A stretch of DNA of 64,000 nt. Origin: Acidobacteriota bacterium. GTDB lineage: Bacteria; Acidobacteriota; CAIWXX01. The position numbers were made by a program, and so were the translations under genes. The notes below the pieces were generated by a model. That model was not told where the DNA came from. It worked only from the letters and a program-made list of their open reading frames with translations, and searched no databases. Where the stretch lies: contig JBFMAF010000003.1 in NCBI GenBank assembly GCA_040755995.1, forward strand, positions 1 to 64,000. Direction: 5' to 3'. This document shows positions 40,835-51,315 of the stretch, piece by piece. How positions within the stretch are numbered: position 1 is the stretch's first letter; every line of letters starts with the position of its first letter.

Positions 40835-41841
40835 CAGGCCGCGTCGAGCTTTGCGGCGCCCGTGGTCTCGGGCAGTGGGCGTGAAACCTCGACGATGCGG
40901 TACGTCCACTTCACCATCTCGCGGGTCTCCTCGGCGGCTGCGCGGTACTTCGCGAACTTCACCATGTCGGCGCGGCGAAGGAATTCGCGAAGCAGCTGGA
41001 ACACCTCGGATGGCAATACGGCCGATGAGTCGCGAACGATTTCGTCGGTGGTCCGCTCCTCCACGGCCACACCGTGCCGCCTGTAGACGTAGTGCTTGAG
41101 GATCTCGGTCAGCTCGACGTAGAACTCCTTGATCCGCCCCTCCACAAGCAGGCTCGATGCTTCGAGACGCTTCAGCGCCTCCAGGGCCTCCTCCTCGGGC
41201 GAGAGCTGCGGCACGGCTGCGAGAGGCGCCAGGCCTCCGCCTGCGCGCTTTCCCCGTCGCAGCCACCACACGAGCGCTGCCAGCGCGAGGGCGGCCAGAG
41301 CGAGAGCCAGGACCCACATCCACTGGACCTCGAAAGGAATGGTCATCGGGCTCTTGATATCTTCGATGTCGGTCTCTTTGCCCGTCAAGATCGTCACGAT
41401 CTCGACCTCGCCCGGCTGGCTCGGCAGCACCATTGCCTGCGGCGCGGTCTGCTTTATCTGGACGGACGGAATCGTGAACTTCCCGGGCTTGTATGCGGTG
41501 AGCTGGTAGGTGACCGTCTGGACATAGCTTCCATCAGGCTGCCGCTGGACCTCACCGATTTCGTGGCTCAACACATCGAGGTCCCCCAGCTTCTCACCCA
41601 ACGGCGGCACGGAGAAGGCGGCCCCCTCCTTGAACCTGAGGGTCACCTTCAGGTTGATCGGATCGCCCACGTGCGCCTTGGCCGGCGCGATCTCGGTCGG
41701 CAGGTACTCCGCAGAGAACCCCAGCGACACTGCGCAGAGCAGCGCCATGGCAGCGTGGCGGATGACATGGTGCCGGGCACGGACGGCCCTGGGCCCGCCG
41801 CCCCCCCAATCTGAAATCTGAAATTTGAAATCCGAAATCAT
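40834..41841 (-). CDS. BatD-like/DUF4381 protein
   Basis: Signal-like stretch, AHVGDPI Ig-like domain, DIEDIK, TM, ERTTDE, ADMVKFAKY; start 41841 or 41748. Confidence 0.8.
   Translation of the reverse strand: MISDFKFQISDWGGGGPRAVRARHHVIRHAAMALLCAVSLGFSAEYLPTEIAPAKAHVGDPINLKVTLRFKEGAAFSVPPLGEKLGDLDVLSHEIGEVQRQPDGSYVQTVTYQLTAYKPGKFTIPSVQIKQTAPQAMVLPSQPGEVEIVTILTGKETDIEDIKSPMTIPFEVQWMWVLALALAALALAALVWWLRRGKRAGGGLAPLAAVPQLSPEEEALEALKRLEASSLLVEGRIKEFYVELTEILKHYVYRRHGVAVEERTTDEIVRDSSAVLPSEVFQLLREFLRRADMVKFAKYRAAAEETREMVKWTYRIVEVSRPLPETTGAAKLDAA
41808..41840. repeat. 7-bp tandem repeat (AATCTGA x4)
   Basis: AATCTGA AATCTGA AATTTGA AATCCGA at DUF58/BatD junction. Confidence 0.7.
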
Positions 41842-42716
41842 CTCCGTCTCTTGGCACGGGCACCGAAGAACGCCTTCAGGCTGGCGTCGTAAGGGCGGTC
41901 GGTCGAGAGTTCGATCTTGTCTACACCTGTCGTAAGAAACAGCCGCGCAGCCTTCGCGCGCCGTTGTTGCATGGTCTTCTCGATCGTGGAGCGGACTCGC
42001 GGGGAGCTGGTGTCGACGAGCTCCTCCCGTCCGGTTTCGGCGTCGCGCAGAGCGACGATTCCGACGTCCGGCACGCGGAACTCGCGCTCATCCCCGGTCA
42101 GCACGGCGATGAGGTCGTACTTGTGGGCCGCCACGCGAAAGACCTTCTCGTAGCCGTCGTCGATGAAGTCGGACAGGATGAAGACGACGGCGGTCTTCTT
42201 GAGGGCGTTGATGAGGTAGCGGAGGGCCGTGTCGAGCGAGGTGCGGGTGCCCTTCGGCTCGAAGTAGAGCACGTCGCGGATGATGCTGAGTGCGTGCGTC
42301 CTCCCCTTCTTCGGCGGGATGAACTTCTCGACCTGATCGGTGAAGACGAGCATCCCTACGCGGTCGTTGTTGAGGACTGCCGAGAAGGCGAGGGTCGCGG
42401 CGATCTCGGCCTGCAGCTCGCGTTTCGTCCGCACGGCTGTGCCGAACAGGGACGACCCGCTGGCGTCGAGGACCAGCATCACGGTGAGCTCGCGCTCTTC
42501 CATGAACTGCTTCACGAACAGGTGACCCATCCTGGACGACACGTTCCAGTCGATGAGCCGCACGTCGTCGCCCGGGACATACTCGCGCACCTCGGCGAAC
42601 TCCATCCCGCGCCCCTTGAACACGGAATGGTACTCGCCGGCGAAGGTATCTTCGACCAGCTTCCGCGTCCGGATCTCCAGCCTCCTGATCCGTCGCAGGA
42701 ACTCACGCGGTATCAT
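41838..42716 (-). CDS. DUF58 protein (MoxR-associated)
   Basis: GEYHSVFKGRGMEFAEVREYVPGDDVRLIDWNV, EEREL, DASGS, SDF. Confidence 0.92.
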   Translation of the reverse strand: MIPREFLRRIRRLEIRTRKLVEDTFAGEYHSVFKGRGMEFAEVREYVPGDDVRLIDWNVSSRMGHLFVKQFMEERELTVMLVLDASGSSLFGTAVRTKRELQAEIAATLAFSAVLNNDRVGMLVFTDQVEKFIPPKKGRTHALSIIRDVLYFEPKGTRTSLDTALRYLINALKKTAVVFILSDFIDDGYEKVFRVAAHKYDLIAVLTGDEREFRVPDVGIVALRDAETGREELVDTSSPRVRSTIEKTMQQRRAKAARLFLTTGVDKIELSTDRPYDASLKAFFGARAKRRR

Positions 42717-42910
42717 GCCCTGATGTCCATTCGTCGCAGCTGATCTAAATATCACATCAGCGCGCCGACTGCCAGACGAGTTTACGGTCCCACGGTCCCC
42801 TACCTAGTCCGGTGGCAGCGTCCTTGCACGGCCCCTGGACCGGCGGGCTCGTCTATGCATTGGTGGAGAGCCTCATTGCGAGGAGGGACTGTTGTGACTA
42901 TGATCAGGCT

Positions 42911-44959
42911 ATGCACGTTCGCTCGATCGGCATCGCGATGATCCTCGCGCTGTCGGTGTCGGCATCGAGAGCAGCCTCGACGGCGCCGGATCACGTCGTG
43001 CTAATCTCGATAGATACCCTCCGTGCAGATCACTTGGGCTGTTACGACTATGAGGCCGTGACCTCGCCCGCGATCGACGGCCTGGCTCGCGACGGAACTC
43101 TCTTCGAGAACGCCTTCACCCCCGTCCCCTTGACGCTCCCGGCTCACGCCTCGCTGCTCTCCGGACTCTACCCGACGCGCACGTCCGTGCGCGACAACGG
43201 CGGCTATCGGGTGCCGGAGTCGATCGAGCTGCTGAGCGAGTCGCTCCTGGGCTTCGCCACCGGGGCGTTCGTATCGGGCTTCCCGCTGAACAAGCGGTTT
43301 GGTTTGGGCCAGGGGTTCGGCGTCTATGACGACCGCCCGGAGTCGCAGTCGGCGCCCGCGCACGCTTATCTGGAGCGGCGTGCCGAGCTCACTGTTCAAG
43401 CCGCCATGGACTGGGTGCTAGAACAGCGCGGGCGATTCTTCCTCTTTCTTCACCTGTTCGATCCTCACGCCCCGTATCTTGGTCATCCGGGCTTCGAGCA
43501 TCTCGCGCCGTACGACGGCGAGATCGCTTACGCGGATCGCCATATCGGGCGGCTTCTGGATATGCTGCGCTCGAAAGGTTTGTACGAGCGGTCGCTGATC
43601 ATCCTCACGTCCGATCACGGCGAGAGCCTGGGAGAACATGGTGAGAAGACACACGGCATCTTTCTGTACGACTGCACGCTGCACGTGCCCCTGATCATAC
43701 ACGGCGGCGGATTCCCCGCGGGCCGGCGCGACGGACGACTCGTATCGCTGGTTGACGTTGTGCCCACAGTCCGACGAGTCTTGGGACTGCCTGCGCGTCC
43801 TGATCTCGACGGGATGGACCTCAGGGAGGGCCGTGCAATCGACTCGATTTATGCCGAGAGTCTGTACTCGCGGATCGAGCTTGGATGGTCGGACCTGCGC
43901 GCACTCAGGACGATCGACAGCAAGTTCGTTCTGGCTCCGAAACCCGAGCTCTACGACCTGCGCAAGAACCCGGCGGAGACGGTGAACATGTACGCGACGG
44001 ACAGGGCCAGGGCTGCACGATTCGAGGAGACCATCAGGCAACGCTTCATGACCCGTGAGTCGGCGGCATACGCAATGCGACCAGACGCCGAGACTGCACG
44101 CATGCTGCAGACGTTGGGCTACGTGCAGGGCGGAGACCCGGCTGCAGCCGGGTCGTCCACCCGGCCGCTGGCCGATCCCAAGGATCGCATTGGACTGGTC
44201 GGGAAGATCGACGACGCCGTCGCGCTGTCGCAGCAGGGCCGTGCCAAAGAGGCGGCCGAGCTGCTATCGCCCGAGATAGCGGCCGACCCGGACAATCCGG
44301 AAATGGCCATGATCTATGCCGACCTGCTCGGGAGTGCCGGCCAGACAGCGGAGCTGGAGAAGTTCCTCTGGTCTTGCCGGCGGCTCCGGTATCCCCGGCT
44401 TCTGATCGCATTGGCCAACGCGCTGTCGAATCGCGGCCAGATCGAGCAGGCACGGGAGCTGTTGCAGGACGCGCTGGCGACAGGGGGTGACGAGGCGCAG
44501 ATCCGAAACGAGATGGCGATCTGCTTCTTGCAGGAGGGCGACATGACGAGGGCGGAGTCCGAGCTGCGAATCGCCCTCGCGCTCGATCCCAACTTCCGTG
44601 AAGCCTGGGTGAATCTGGGGCACCTTCTGTGCCAGCGCGGGCAATACGGGCAGGCGATCGAGTGCTACCGGCGCGCCATGGGCCTAGGCGAACCGTCCGT
44701 CTCGCTGCTCAACGGAGCCGGTGTTGCGGCTCACCTGGCGGGCGACGACGCCGGCGCCGAGGCGCTGCTGCGCCAGGCCCTGCGTATCGAGCCCGATAGC
44801 GCGGAGGCCCAGGTGAACCTGGCGCGCATTCTTGTCAGGCTCGGAAAGAAGGCCGCTGCGCTGGAGATACTGAGAGCGCTGGCGGAGAGGTCCGGGCTGC
44901 CCGAAGCCATCGCTACGGCGGCACGGGCCTTGCTTCGCGAGGTGTCGGCGCCAAAGTAG
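42911..44959 (+). CDS. Sulfatase-like (alkaline phosphatase superfamily) hydrolase + TPR
   Basis: SIDTLRADH, LTLPAHAS, FDPHAPY, YDGEI, SDHGE, C-terminal TPRs. Confidence 0.88.
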   Translation: MHVRSIGIAMILALSVSASRAASTAPDHVVLISIDTLRADHLGCYDYEAVTSPAIDGLARDGTLFENAFTPVPLTLPAHASLLSGLYPTRTSVRDNGGYRVPESIELLSESLLGFATGAFVSGFPLNKRFGLGQGFGVYDDRPESQSAPAHAYLERRAELTVQAAMDWVLEQRGRFFLFLHLFDPHAPYLGHPGFEHLAPYDGEIAYADRHIGRLLDMLRSKGLYERSLIILTSDHGESLGEHGEKTHGIFLYDCTLHVPLIIHGGGFPAGRRDGRLVSLVDVVPTVRRVLGLPARPDLDGMDLREGRAIDSIYAESLYSRIELGWSDLRALRTIDSKFVLAPKPELYDLRKNPAETVNMYATDRARAARFEETIRQRFMTRESAAYAMRPDAETARMLQTLGYVQGGDPAAAGSSTRPLADPKDRIGLVGKIDDAVALSQQGRAKEAAELLSPEIAADPDNPEMAMIYADLLGSAGQTAELEKFLWSCRRLRYPRLLIALANALSNRGQIEQARELLQDALATGGDEAQIRNEMAICFLQEGDMTRAESELRIALALDPNFREAWVNLGHLLCQRGQYGQAIECYRRAMGLGEPSVSLLNGAGVAAHLAGDDAGAEALLRQALRIEPDSAEAQVNLARILVRLGKKAAALEILRALAERSGLPEAIATAARALLREVSAPK

Positions 44960-45080
44960 ACAACGCGACCCATCCTGCCCGGTTGCGCGATCGTTCCGCT
45001 TCACTCCGGCGCTCCAAAGGTGTACAATCATTTTTCGGTTGTTCGGTGTAGCACTCGGGTCGGACAAGGGGGGAGAGTAA

Positions 45081-45341
45081 ATGCCGTTCCAAGCGGGACA
45101 GAAGGCGTCTTTGAATGCCGGACAGATGGCGAGGGATGTCCTGACGCCCATCCTCGGGGAGTTCGTGGCGAAGACTTCCGTGAGCATGGCGGCGAAGCGC
45201 ATTGGGAAGACGCCGGACACGCTCGTGCAGGAGGACCTCCCGAAGCTTTCCGAAGCGCTCAGGCCGGCGCTGCGTACTCTATTGGGGCTTCAGGCCGCCG
45301 AGTCGCTGGTCGAGCAGCTGCGCGCGCTCGGCCATTCGTAG
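45081..45341 (+). CDS. Small helical hypothetical protein
   Basis: GGGAG RBS, TTCACT-17-TACAAT promoter at 45000-45028, 13-nt gap to next gene; start 45081 or 45126. Confidence 0.6.
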   Translation: MPFQAGQKASLNAGQMARDVLTPILGEFVAKTSVSMAAKRIGKTPDTLVQEDLPKLSEALRPALRTLLGLQAAESLVEQLRALGHS

Positions 45342-45354
45342 AAAGGATTCAAAC

Positions 45355-46179
45355 GTGGACAACGACCGAGGCTCCCCGAATGCTCGCGCTGCCGGGCGCG
45401 TCCGATACTCCTCAGTGGTCGCCGTCATCGCGGCCATTGCGCTGCTGGTACTGCTGCTCGCAGCCAGAGGTGCTTGGCTCGAGCCGCGCGTGTGGCTGCG
45501 CACGTATGCCGTCACAGCCCTTGTGACCCTCGTCGCCGCCGCCGTGTCGTTCTGGCAGGTCTCGCACGCTACCGGTGGAGGCACGGCAGCGTCGGCGGCA
45601 TGGCGGGTGCTCTTTGCAGGAATGGCCATCTTTCTCCTGGGTCATGCGCACTTGACCTACCAGCGATTCGTGAGCCCGACGGCCGACACCGCTTTCCCAT
45701 CGCTCGCCGACGTCTTCTTCGTCGTGGGGCAGACCCTCTTGATCGCCGGCCTCGTCATCCACCTCATCGCCTACCTTCGAACAGGGCTGCCGGTAGGCCA
45801 CCGGCTGTCGTACGTGCTGATGTACGTCATCGTGGCGGTCGTGGTGGCCTATCTCACCGCGAAACTCAATCTCCCGATGTGGGATGATGTCACAAGAACT
45901 TTCGGCTGGAAGATGGTGAACACGGTCTATCACGTCATCGACATGTTGACGCTTTGCGTTGCCCTGGCGTTACTCCGCATGGCCCTGCTCTTCCGGGGAG
46001 GCGCGCTGGCGCAGGGATGGGCGGCCATTGCCGTGGGGTTCGTGTTCATGATGGTTGCCGACCTGACCTTTGGCATAGGCGTACCCGCCGAGTACTCGGC
46101 CCTGGGCTACTTCGCCTCCTACGCGTCGATTACTTACGGAGTCGTGCGCCACCGAGAGGTGATACTAAGCGTGCGCTAG
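45355..46179 (+). CDS. Multi-TM membrane protein resembling a sensor input domain
   Basis: About 7-8 hydrophobic helices, FPSLADVFF motif, AAGGA RBS. Confidence 0.7.
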   Translation: MDNDRGSPNARAAGRVRYSSVVAVIAAIALLVLLLAARGAWLEPRVWLRTYAVTALVTLVAAAVSFWQVSHATGGGTAASAAWRVLFAGMAIFLLGHAHLTYQRFVSPTADTAFPSLADVFFVVGQTLLIAGLVIHLIAYLRTGLPVGHRLSYVLMYVIVAVVVAYLTAKLNLPMWDDVTRTFGWKMVNTVYHVIDMLTLCVALALLRMALLFRGGALAQGWAAIAVGFVFMMVADLTFGIGVPAEYSALGYFASYASITYGVVRHREVILSVR

Positions 46180-46336
46180 CAGGCCGGGATGCGATTAGTG
46201 GCCGACGCAGACCGTTTCCTGGGCGAGCAGCAGCCGAACGACGGTCTGTCGCTGATCGTGCTGAAGCGGTCAAGCTGAAGACGAAGAGGAACGCGCGTGG
46301 CCATCGCGCTCAGACCGCGCGCTCTCTCTTGCCGGG

Positions 46337-46870
46337 CTATTCGCCGGGGGCCTTGACGTGCTGGACCTGCTGCTTGGACTTCGCGTGCACGTCCACCCTC
46401 TCAGCTGACCTATCCTTGCCCTTCCGCTCGGGCGTAGGCCTGCCCTCTTCCTTCTTCGCCTCTTCCTTCTTCGCCGCCTTGCCCTTGGTCTTCTCTTTGA
46501 TTTTCGGCTTGAACTCGCTTCCGATGAGCTCCAGGTAGGCCATCTCGGCGCCGTCGCCCTTGCGAGGTCCCACTCGGATGATTCTGGTGTAGCCGCCATG
46601 CCTGGCGGTGAACCGAGGGGCGATCTGGTCGAAGAGCTTCTTCACTGTGCTGCGGCGCGGGACCACCTTGATCACCTGCCGGCGATGGTGGACCTCGCCG
46701 CGCTTGGCCAGTGTGATCAGCCGCTCGGCCACCGATCTCAGCTCCTTGGCCCGCTGGACCGTCGTGCGGATTCGTTCCTTCTCGAAGAACGACATCGCGA
46801 GGTTCCTCAACATGCTGATACGATGGCCGGTGGGCCGGCCCAGCTTCCTGCCATCCACTAGGTGTCTCAT
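46337..46870 (-). CDS. rplQ: 50S ribosomal protein L17 (Lys-rich C-terminal tail)
   Basis: MRHL...RKLGR, GGYTRII, GDGAEMAYLEL. Confidence 0.97.
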   Translation of the reverse strand: MRHLVDGRKLGRPTGHRISMLRNLAMSFFEKERIRTTVQRAKELRSVAERLITLAKRGEVHHRRQVIKVVPRRSTVKKLFDQIAPRFTARHGGYTRIIRVGPRKGDGAEMAYLELIGSEFKPKIKEKTKGKAAKKEEAKKEEGRPTPERKGKDRSAERVDVHAKSKQQVQHVKAPGE

Positions 46871-46945
46871 CTCACTCTCACTTCTTCTGGAAAGTCGCGA
46901 GGATTGCGGGGGTAACTTGTGACTCGATTCGCAGCCAGCAGGGCC

Positions 46946-47977
46946 CTACTCCTGATCCTCGATCTCCGACTCCTCCTCCTGCCCCATCTCGATGCCGGCG
47001 GATTCCTCCGACGGCCTTGCTATGCCGCCCTCAATCCTCATACCGAGGCTCAATCCCATCTGTTTCAGTATGTCCTTGATCTCGGACAGCGACTTGCGTC
47101 CGAAATTCTTCGTCTGCAGCATTTCGGTCTCGGTCTTCTGCACGAGCTCGCCGACGGTCTGGATGTTCGCGTTTTTGAGACAGTTGTAGCTTCGCACGGA
47201 GAGCTCAAGCTCATCGACGCGCTTCGACAGGATGTCGCTCATCTTCTCGGACTTCTTCTCTTCGACCTGGGCCTCGCTGATCGGCTCTTCCTCGAAATTC
47301 ATGAAAATCGTGAGGTGGTCCTTGAGCAGCTTCGCGGCCAGGCTGACGGCGTCTGACGGCGTCATGCTGCCGTTGGTCCAGACGTCCATGATCAGCTTCT
47401 CGTAGTCGGTTGTCTGCCCGAGGCGGGCCATCTCAACTTCGTACTTCACCTTCCGCACAGGCGAGTGGACGGAGTCCATCGGGATGAAGGTGAGGTCCTC
47501 TTCCGAGTTCTTATCGGCCGACACGTATCCGCGCCCGAACTTCAGCCTCATCTCCATGTTCAGCTTCCCGGTCTCGGAGATGGTGGCGATATGCTGGTCC
47601 GGGTTCAGTATCTCGACGTCGCCGTCGGTCTGGATGTCCCTCGCCCTGATGTCGCACGGACCGGTGGCCTTGATATACAGACTCTTGGATTGCTGGCCTC
47701 CCATCCTGAAGAAGACCTGCTTCAGGTTCAGGATGATGTCGGTCGTGTCTTCCACGACACCTGGCACCGAAGAGAACTCGTGCAGCACACCGTCGATCTT
47801 CACGGCGGTGATTGCCGGACCTTCGATCGATGAGAGCAGCGTCCGGCGCAAAGCGTTGCCAATGGTCGTGCCGAACCCGCGCTCGAACGGCTGCGCCGAG
47901 AACTGCCCGAAGTCGGACTTCGTCACCTCGGCATTCCATTCTATCTTCCTGGGCTTCTGAAACCCTTTCCAAAGCAT
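46946..47977 (-). CDS. rpoA: RNA polymerase alpha subunit
   Basis: [33 protein letters not shown]. Confidence 0.98.
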   Translation of the reverse strand: MLWKGFQKPRKIEWNAEVTKSDFGQFSAQPFERGFGTTIGNALRRTLLSSIEGPAITAVKIDGVLHEFSSVPGVVEDTTDIILNLKQVFFRMGGQQSKSLYIKATGPCDIRARDIQTDGDVEILNPDQHIATISETGKLNMEMRLKFGRGYVSADKNSEEDLTFIPMDSVHSPVRKVKYEVEMARLGQTTDYEKLIMDVWTNGSMTPSDAVSLAAKLLKDHLTIFMNFEEEPISEAQVEEKKSEKMSDILSKRVDELELSVRSYNCLKNANIQTVGELVQKTETEMLQTKNFGRKSLSEIKDILKQMGLSLGMRIEGGIARPSEESAGIEMGQEEESEIEDQE

Positions 47978-48010
47978 GTGCCCTCGCCTCCTTCCGTTAC
48001 CCCTGGCTCG

Positions 48011-48646
48011 CTATACCTTGCTGTAAAGCTCGACTATCAAATGTTCGCTGATCGGGTACTGCACATCCTCGCGCCTGGGCATCGCCAACACCTTCCCGGC
48101 ACGCGCCTCCCAGTCCATCTCGAGCCAGGGCACGAGTCCGCCCTTGCCGCGCGCCGACTCCAGCGAGCTCTGGATGTGAACGTTCTTGAGATCGCGCTCC
48201 TCGACCGTTATCAAATCGCCCATGTTGACAAGGTAAGACGGCACGTTCACTCTTCTGCCGTTGACCCGCACATGGCCGTGGCCGATCAGCTGGCGCGCGT
48301 TGGCCATGGAGGAAGCGAAACCGAGGCGGCGCAGGACGTTGTCGAGCCGGCGCTCGAGCAGGCTCAACAGGTTCTCGCCCGTGACGCCCTTCATCTTCTC
48401 GGCCCTTTCGAAATATCGCCTGAACTGCTTCTCCAGCAACCCGAACATCCTCTTCAGCTTCTGCTTCTCGCGCAGCTGCAGGCCGTAGCCCTGTATCTTT
48501 GCGCGCCGCGCGCCGCCATGCTGCCCCGGCGGAACGCTGTGCTTCTCCATCGCGCACGAATCCTTGAAGCATCGCTCGCCCTTCAGGTAGAGCTTCGCGC
48601 CCTCCTTGCGGCACAGCCGGCATACTCCCTCATGATATCGCGCCAC
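48011..48646 (-). CDS. rpsD: 30S ribosomal protein S4
   Basis: CRLCRKEG...C...C, LERRLDNV, IVELYSK. Confidence 0.98.
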   Translation of the reverse strand: MARYHEGVCRLCRKEGAKLYLKGERCFKDSCAMEKHSVPPGQHGGARRAKIQGYGLQLREKQKLKRMFGLLEKQFRRYFERAEKMKGVTGENLLSLLERRLDNVLRRLGFASSMANARQLIGHGHVRVNGRRVNVPSYLVNMGDLITVEERDLKNVHIQSSLESARGKGGLVPWLEMDWEARAGKVLAMPRREDVQYPISEHLIVELYSKV

Positions 48647-48688
48647 GTTTCCTCCCCTGCGAATGTCCTATGTCCTGCGTCCCATCTC

Positions 48689-49102
48689 CTACACGCGCCT
48701 GCGCTTGGGCGGACGGCACCCATTGTGCGGGATGGGCGTCACGTCCCGGATCGACTTGATCTCCAGCCCGGCCGACTGCAGAGCGCGGATGGCGCTTTCG
48801 CGGCCGGCGCCGGGCCCCTTGATCAGCACGTCGAGCTGCCTCATCCCGTGGTCTCTGGCCAGATTGGCTGCGGTCGTGGCGGCGACCTGGGCGGCGAAGG
48901 GTGTGCCCTTGCGCGACCCCTTGAACCCCTGTGCGCCGGCACTGCTCTGGCAAACCAGGTTCCCCTCGACGTCGGTAATCGACACGATCGTGTTATTGAA
49001 CGTCGCCTGGATGTGGGCGATACCCACGAAGACGTTCTTCTTCTCTTTCTTCTTCTTGTAGCTGCGTTTGGCCCCCTTGGCCGGAGCCTGCTTCTGTGCC
49101 AT
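48689..49102 (-). CDS. rpsK: 30S ribosomal protein S11
   Basis: [32 protein letters not shown]. Confidence 0.98.
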   Translation of the reverse strand: MAQKQAPAKGAKRSYKKKKEKKNVFVGIAHIQATFNNTIVSITDVEGNLVCQSSAGAQGFKGSRKGTPFAAQVAATTAANLARDHGMRQLDVLIKGPGAGRESAIRALQSAGLEIKSIRDVTPIPHNGCRPPKRRRV

Positions 49103-49117
49103 GATGCATCCCCTCCG

Positions 49118-49504
49118 TTACTTCCTGGGCGGAGTCTTCCTGCCCTTGACGATGCCGCCCTTGCGCGGGCCCTTCCGCGTGCGGGCATTTGTGCGTGTGC
49201 GCTGGCCGCGCACCGGCAGGCCGCGCCTGTGCCGCATGCCGGCGTAACATCCGATCTCCATGAGGCGCTTGACGTTCATGGAGACCTCTTTGCGCAGATC
49301 GCCCTCGACGTTTCCTTCCCGCTCGATGATCTGCCGGATGCGATTGATCTCTTCCTCGGTCAGCTCTTTCACGCGCTTTGCGCTGCTGACACGCGCCTCT
49401 TCCAGGATCTGGCGCGACCGGCTGCGGCCGATCCCGAAGATGTACGTCAGTCCGATGTCTGCGCGCTTTTCACGCGGCAAATCGACGCCCGCAATTCGTG
49501 CCAC
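49118..49504 (-). CDS. rpsM: 30S ribosomal protein S13
   Basis: [27 protein letters not shown]. Confidence 0.98.
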   Translation of the reverse strand: MARIAGVDLPREKRADIGLTYIFGIGRSRSRQILEEARVSSAKRVKELTEEEINRIRQIIEREGNVEGDLRKEVSMNVKRLMEIGCYAGMRHRRGLPVRGQRTRTNARTRKGPRKGGIVKGRKTPPRK

Positions 49505-49516
49505 CCCTGACCTCCC

Positions 49517-49630
49517 TTATCCCTGCCGCTGCTTGTGCTTGGGGTTCTTGCAGATGACCCGTATCACACCCTTGCGGCGAACAATCTTGCACTTGTCGCA
49601 GATGACCCTGACCGAGCTCCGCACTTTCAT
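49517..49630 (-). CDS. rpmJ: 50S ribosomal protein L36 (not in ORF track)
   Basis: Translated by hand: [37 protein letters not shown]. Confidence 0.97.
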   Translation of the reverse strand: MKVRSSVRVICDKCKIVRRKGVIRVICKNPKHKQRQG

Positions 49631-49682
49631 AACTGCACCTCTTTCGAGCCTAATCTCCCCGGTCGCACTCGCGCCTGCCCAT

Positions 49683-49901
49683 TCACTTGAGTCTGTAGGT
49701 GATACGGCCGCGCGTGAGATCGTATGGCGAGAGTTCCACCATAACCCTGTCGCCAGGAAGAATTCGAATGAAATTCTTCCTCATCTTGCCGGAGATGTGG
49801 GCGAGCACCTGGTGCTTGTTGTCGAGCTCCACGCGGAACATCGCGTTCGGCAGCGGCTCGACCACCGTCCCTTCGACTTCGATTGCATCTTCCTTCGGCA
49901 T
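49683..49901 (-). CDS. infA: Translation initiation factor IF-1
   Basis: [25 protein letters not shown]. Confidence 0.98.
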   Translation of the reverse strand: MPKEDAIEVEGTVVEPLPNAMFRVELDNKHQVLAHISGKMRKNFIRILPGDRVMVELSPYDLTRGRITYRLK

Positions 49902-49906
49902 ATCTC

Positions 49907-50662
49907 TCAGCTACCCTCCCACTCCGACAGCACAACCGGGCCGTTGTCGGTCACGGCGACGCTGTGTTCGAAGTGAGCCGACAACTTCCCATCCGCGGTT
50001 TCCACGGTCCAGTTGTCGGGCAGTACCTTCACCTCGTGCGTGCCCTCGTTGACCATTGGCTCGATGGCCAAAACCATCCCCTGCTTCAGCTTCGGGCCCT
50101 TGCCGCGTGTGCCGAAGTTCGGGATCTGCGGATCCTCGTGCAGGTGCGTCCCTATGCCATGCCCGACGTAATTGCGGACCACCGAGTACCCGTTGGATTC
50201 GACGAAGTCCTGGATCGCGCACGAGATGTCTGAAACCCGGTTTCCGACCCTGGCCGGTTCGATTCCGATCGCAAGCGCGCGACGCGTGATGTCAATGATG
50301 CGCTGGGCGCGCGGGCTGGCGCGCCCGGCGACGGCCGTGAGCGCCGCGTCGCCGTAGTATCCGTCGAGCAGCACGCCCATGTCGATCGAGATGATATCGC
50401 CTTCGCGAAGCGGGCGGCTGTTCGGGACGCCGTGCACGACTCCCTGGTTGACCGACGCGCAGAGTGTCGCGGGGTAGCCGCGATAGCCCTTGAATGCGGG
50501 CTGAGCGTGAGCGGCGCGTATCTCAGCCTCGGCCATGGCATCCATTTCTTTCGTGGTCATTCCCGGCACAACTGCTTTCTCCAGCATTTTCAGGATCCGC
50601 GCCACCAGCTGGCAGCTGGTGCGGATCTTTCTGATCTCTTTTTCGGACTTGCAGAAAATCAC
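49907..50662 (-). CDS. map: Methionine aminopeptidase type I
   Basis: [36 protein letters not shown]. Confidence 0.96.
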   Translation of the reverse strand: MIFCKSEKEIRKIRTSCQLVARILKMLEKAVVPGMTTKEMDAMAEAEIRAAHAQPAFKGYRGYPATLCASVNQGVVHGVPNSRPLREGDIISIDMGVLLDGYYGDAALTAVAGRASPRAQRIIDITRRALAIGIEPARVGNRVSDISCAIQDFVESNGYSVVRNYVGHGIGTHLHEDPQIPNFGTRGKGPKLKQGMVLAIEPMVNEGTHEVKVLPDNWTVETADGKLSAHFEHSVAVTDNGPVVLSEWEGS

Positions 50663-50676
50663 TTCCGGCGCTCGAA

Positions 50677-51315
50677 CTACAGCAGCGCGGCGATCCGCCT
50701 CTGGACCTCCTCCACCCCACCCGATCCGTCCACCTTCTGGTAGACCCCGCGGCTCTTGTAGAAGTCGATCAACGGGGCGGTCTGCTTGTGGAAAACCGCC
50801 AATCTCTGTGCGACCGTCTCCGGCCTGTCGTCGTCGCGGAGGATGAGGGAACCGCCGCAACCGTCGCACACGCCTTCGGTCTTGGGCGCGTTGGAAATCA
50901 CGTTGAAGGTTCTGGCGCAGCTCTTGCAAACTCGGCGGCTGGACAGCCGCTGGACGATCGCCTGGTCCTCCACGGCGACGTCGATCACCTTGAACGCGCC
51001 GCCGGCGTGTGTCGAGATTTTCTCGAGCATCTCGGCTTGCGCTACGGTTCTGGGGAAGCCGTCCAGCAGAAACCCCATGGTGCAGTCGGGTTGGGCGAGT
51101 CTCTCCCGGACGATGCCGACCACGATGTCGTCGCTCACGAGTCCGCCGGAGTCCATTATGGCCTTCGCCTTGCGGCCGAGCTCGGTGCCGTCCTTCACGG
51201 CCTGGCGCAGGATATCGCCGGTCGAGATCTTCGGTATGCCGAGTTTCCCGGCAACCATGTCGGCCTGGGTTCCCTTGCCTGCGCCTGGCGGGCCCAGCAT
51301 GATGATCTTCTTCAT
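50677..51315 (-). CDS. adk: Adenylate kinase
   Basis: GPPGAGKGTQA, LDGFPRT, zinc-lid CKSC/CDGC. Confidence 0.97.
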   Translation of the reverse strand: MKKIIMLGPPGAGKGTQADMVAGKLGIPKISTGDILRQAVKDGTELGRKAKAIMDSGGLVSDDIVVGIVRERLAQPDCTMGFLLDGFPRTVAQAEMLEKISTHAGGAFKVIDVAVEDQAIVQRLSSRRVCKSCARTFNVISNAPKTEGVCDGCGGSLILRDDDRPETVAQRLAVFHKQTAPLIDFYKSRGVYQKVDGSGGVEEVQRRIAALL

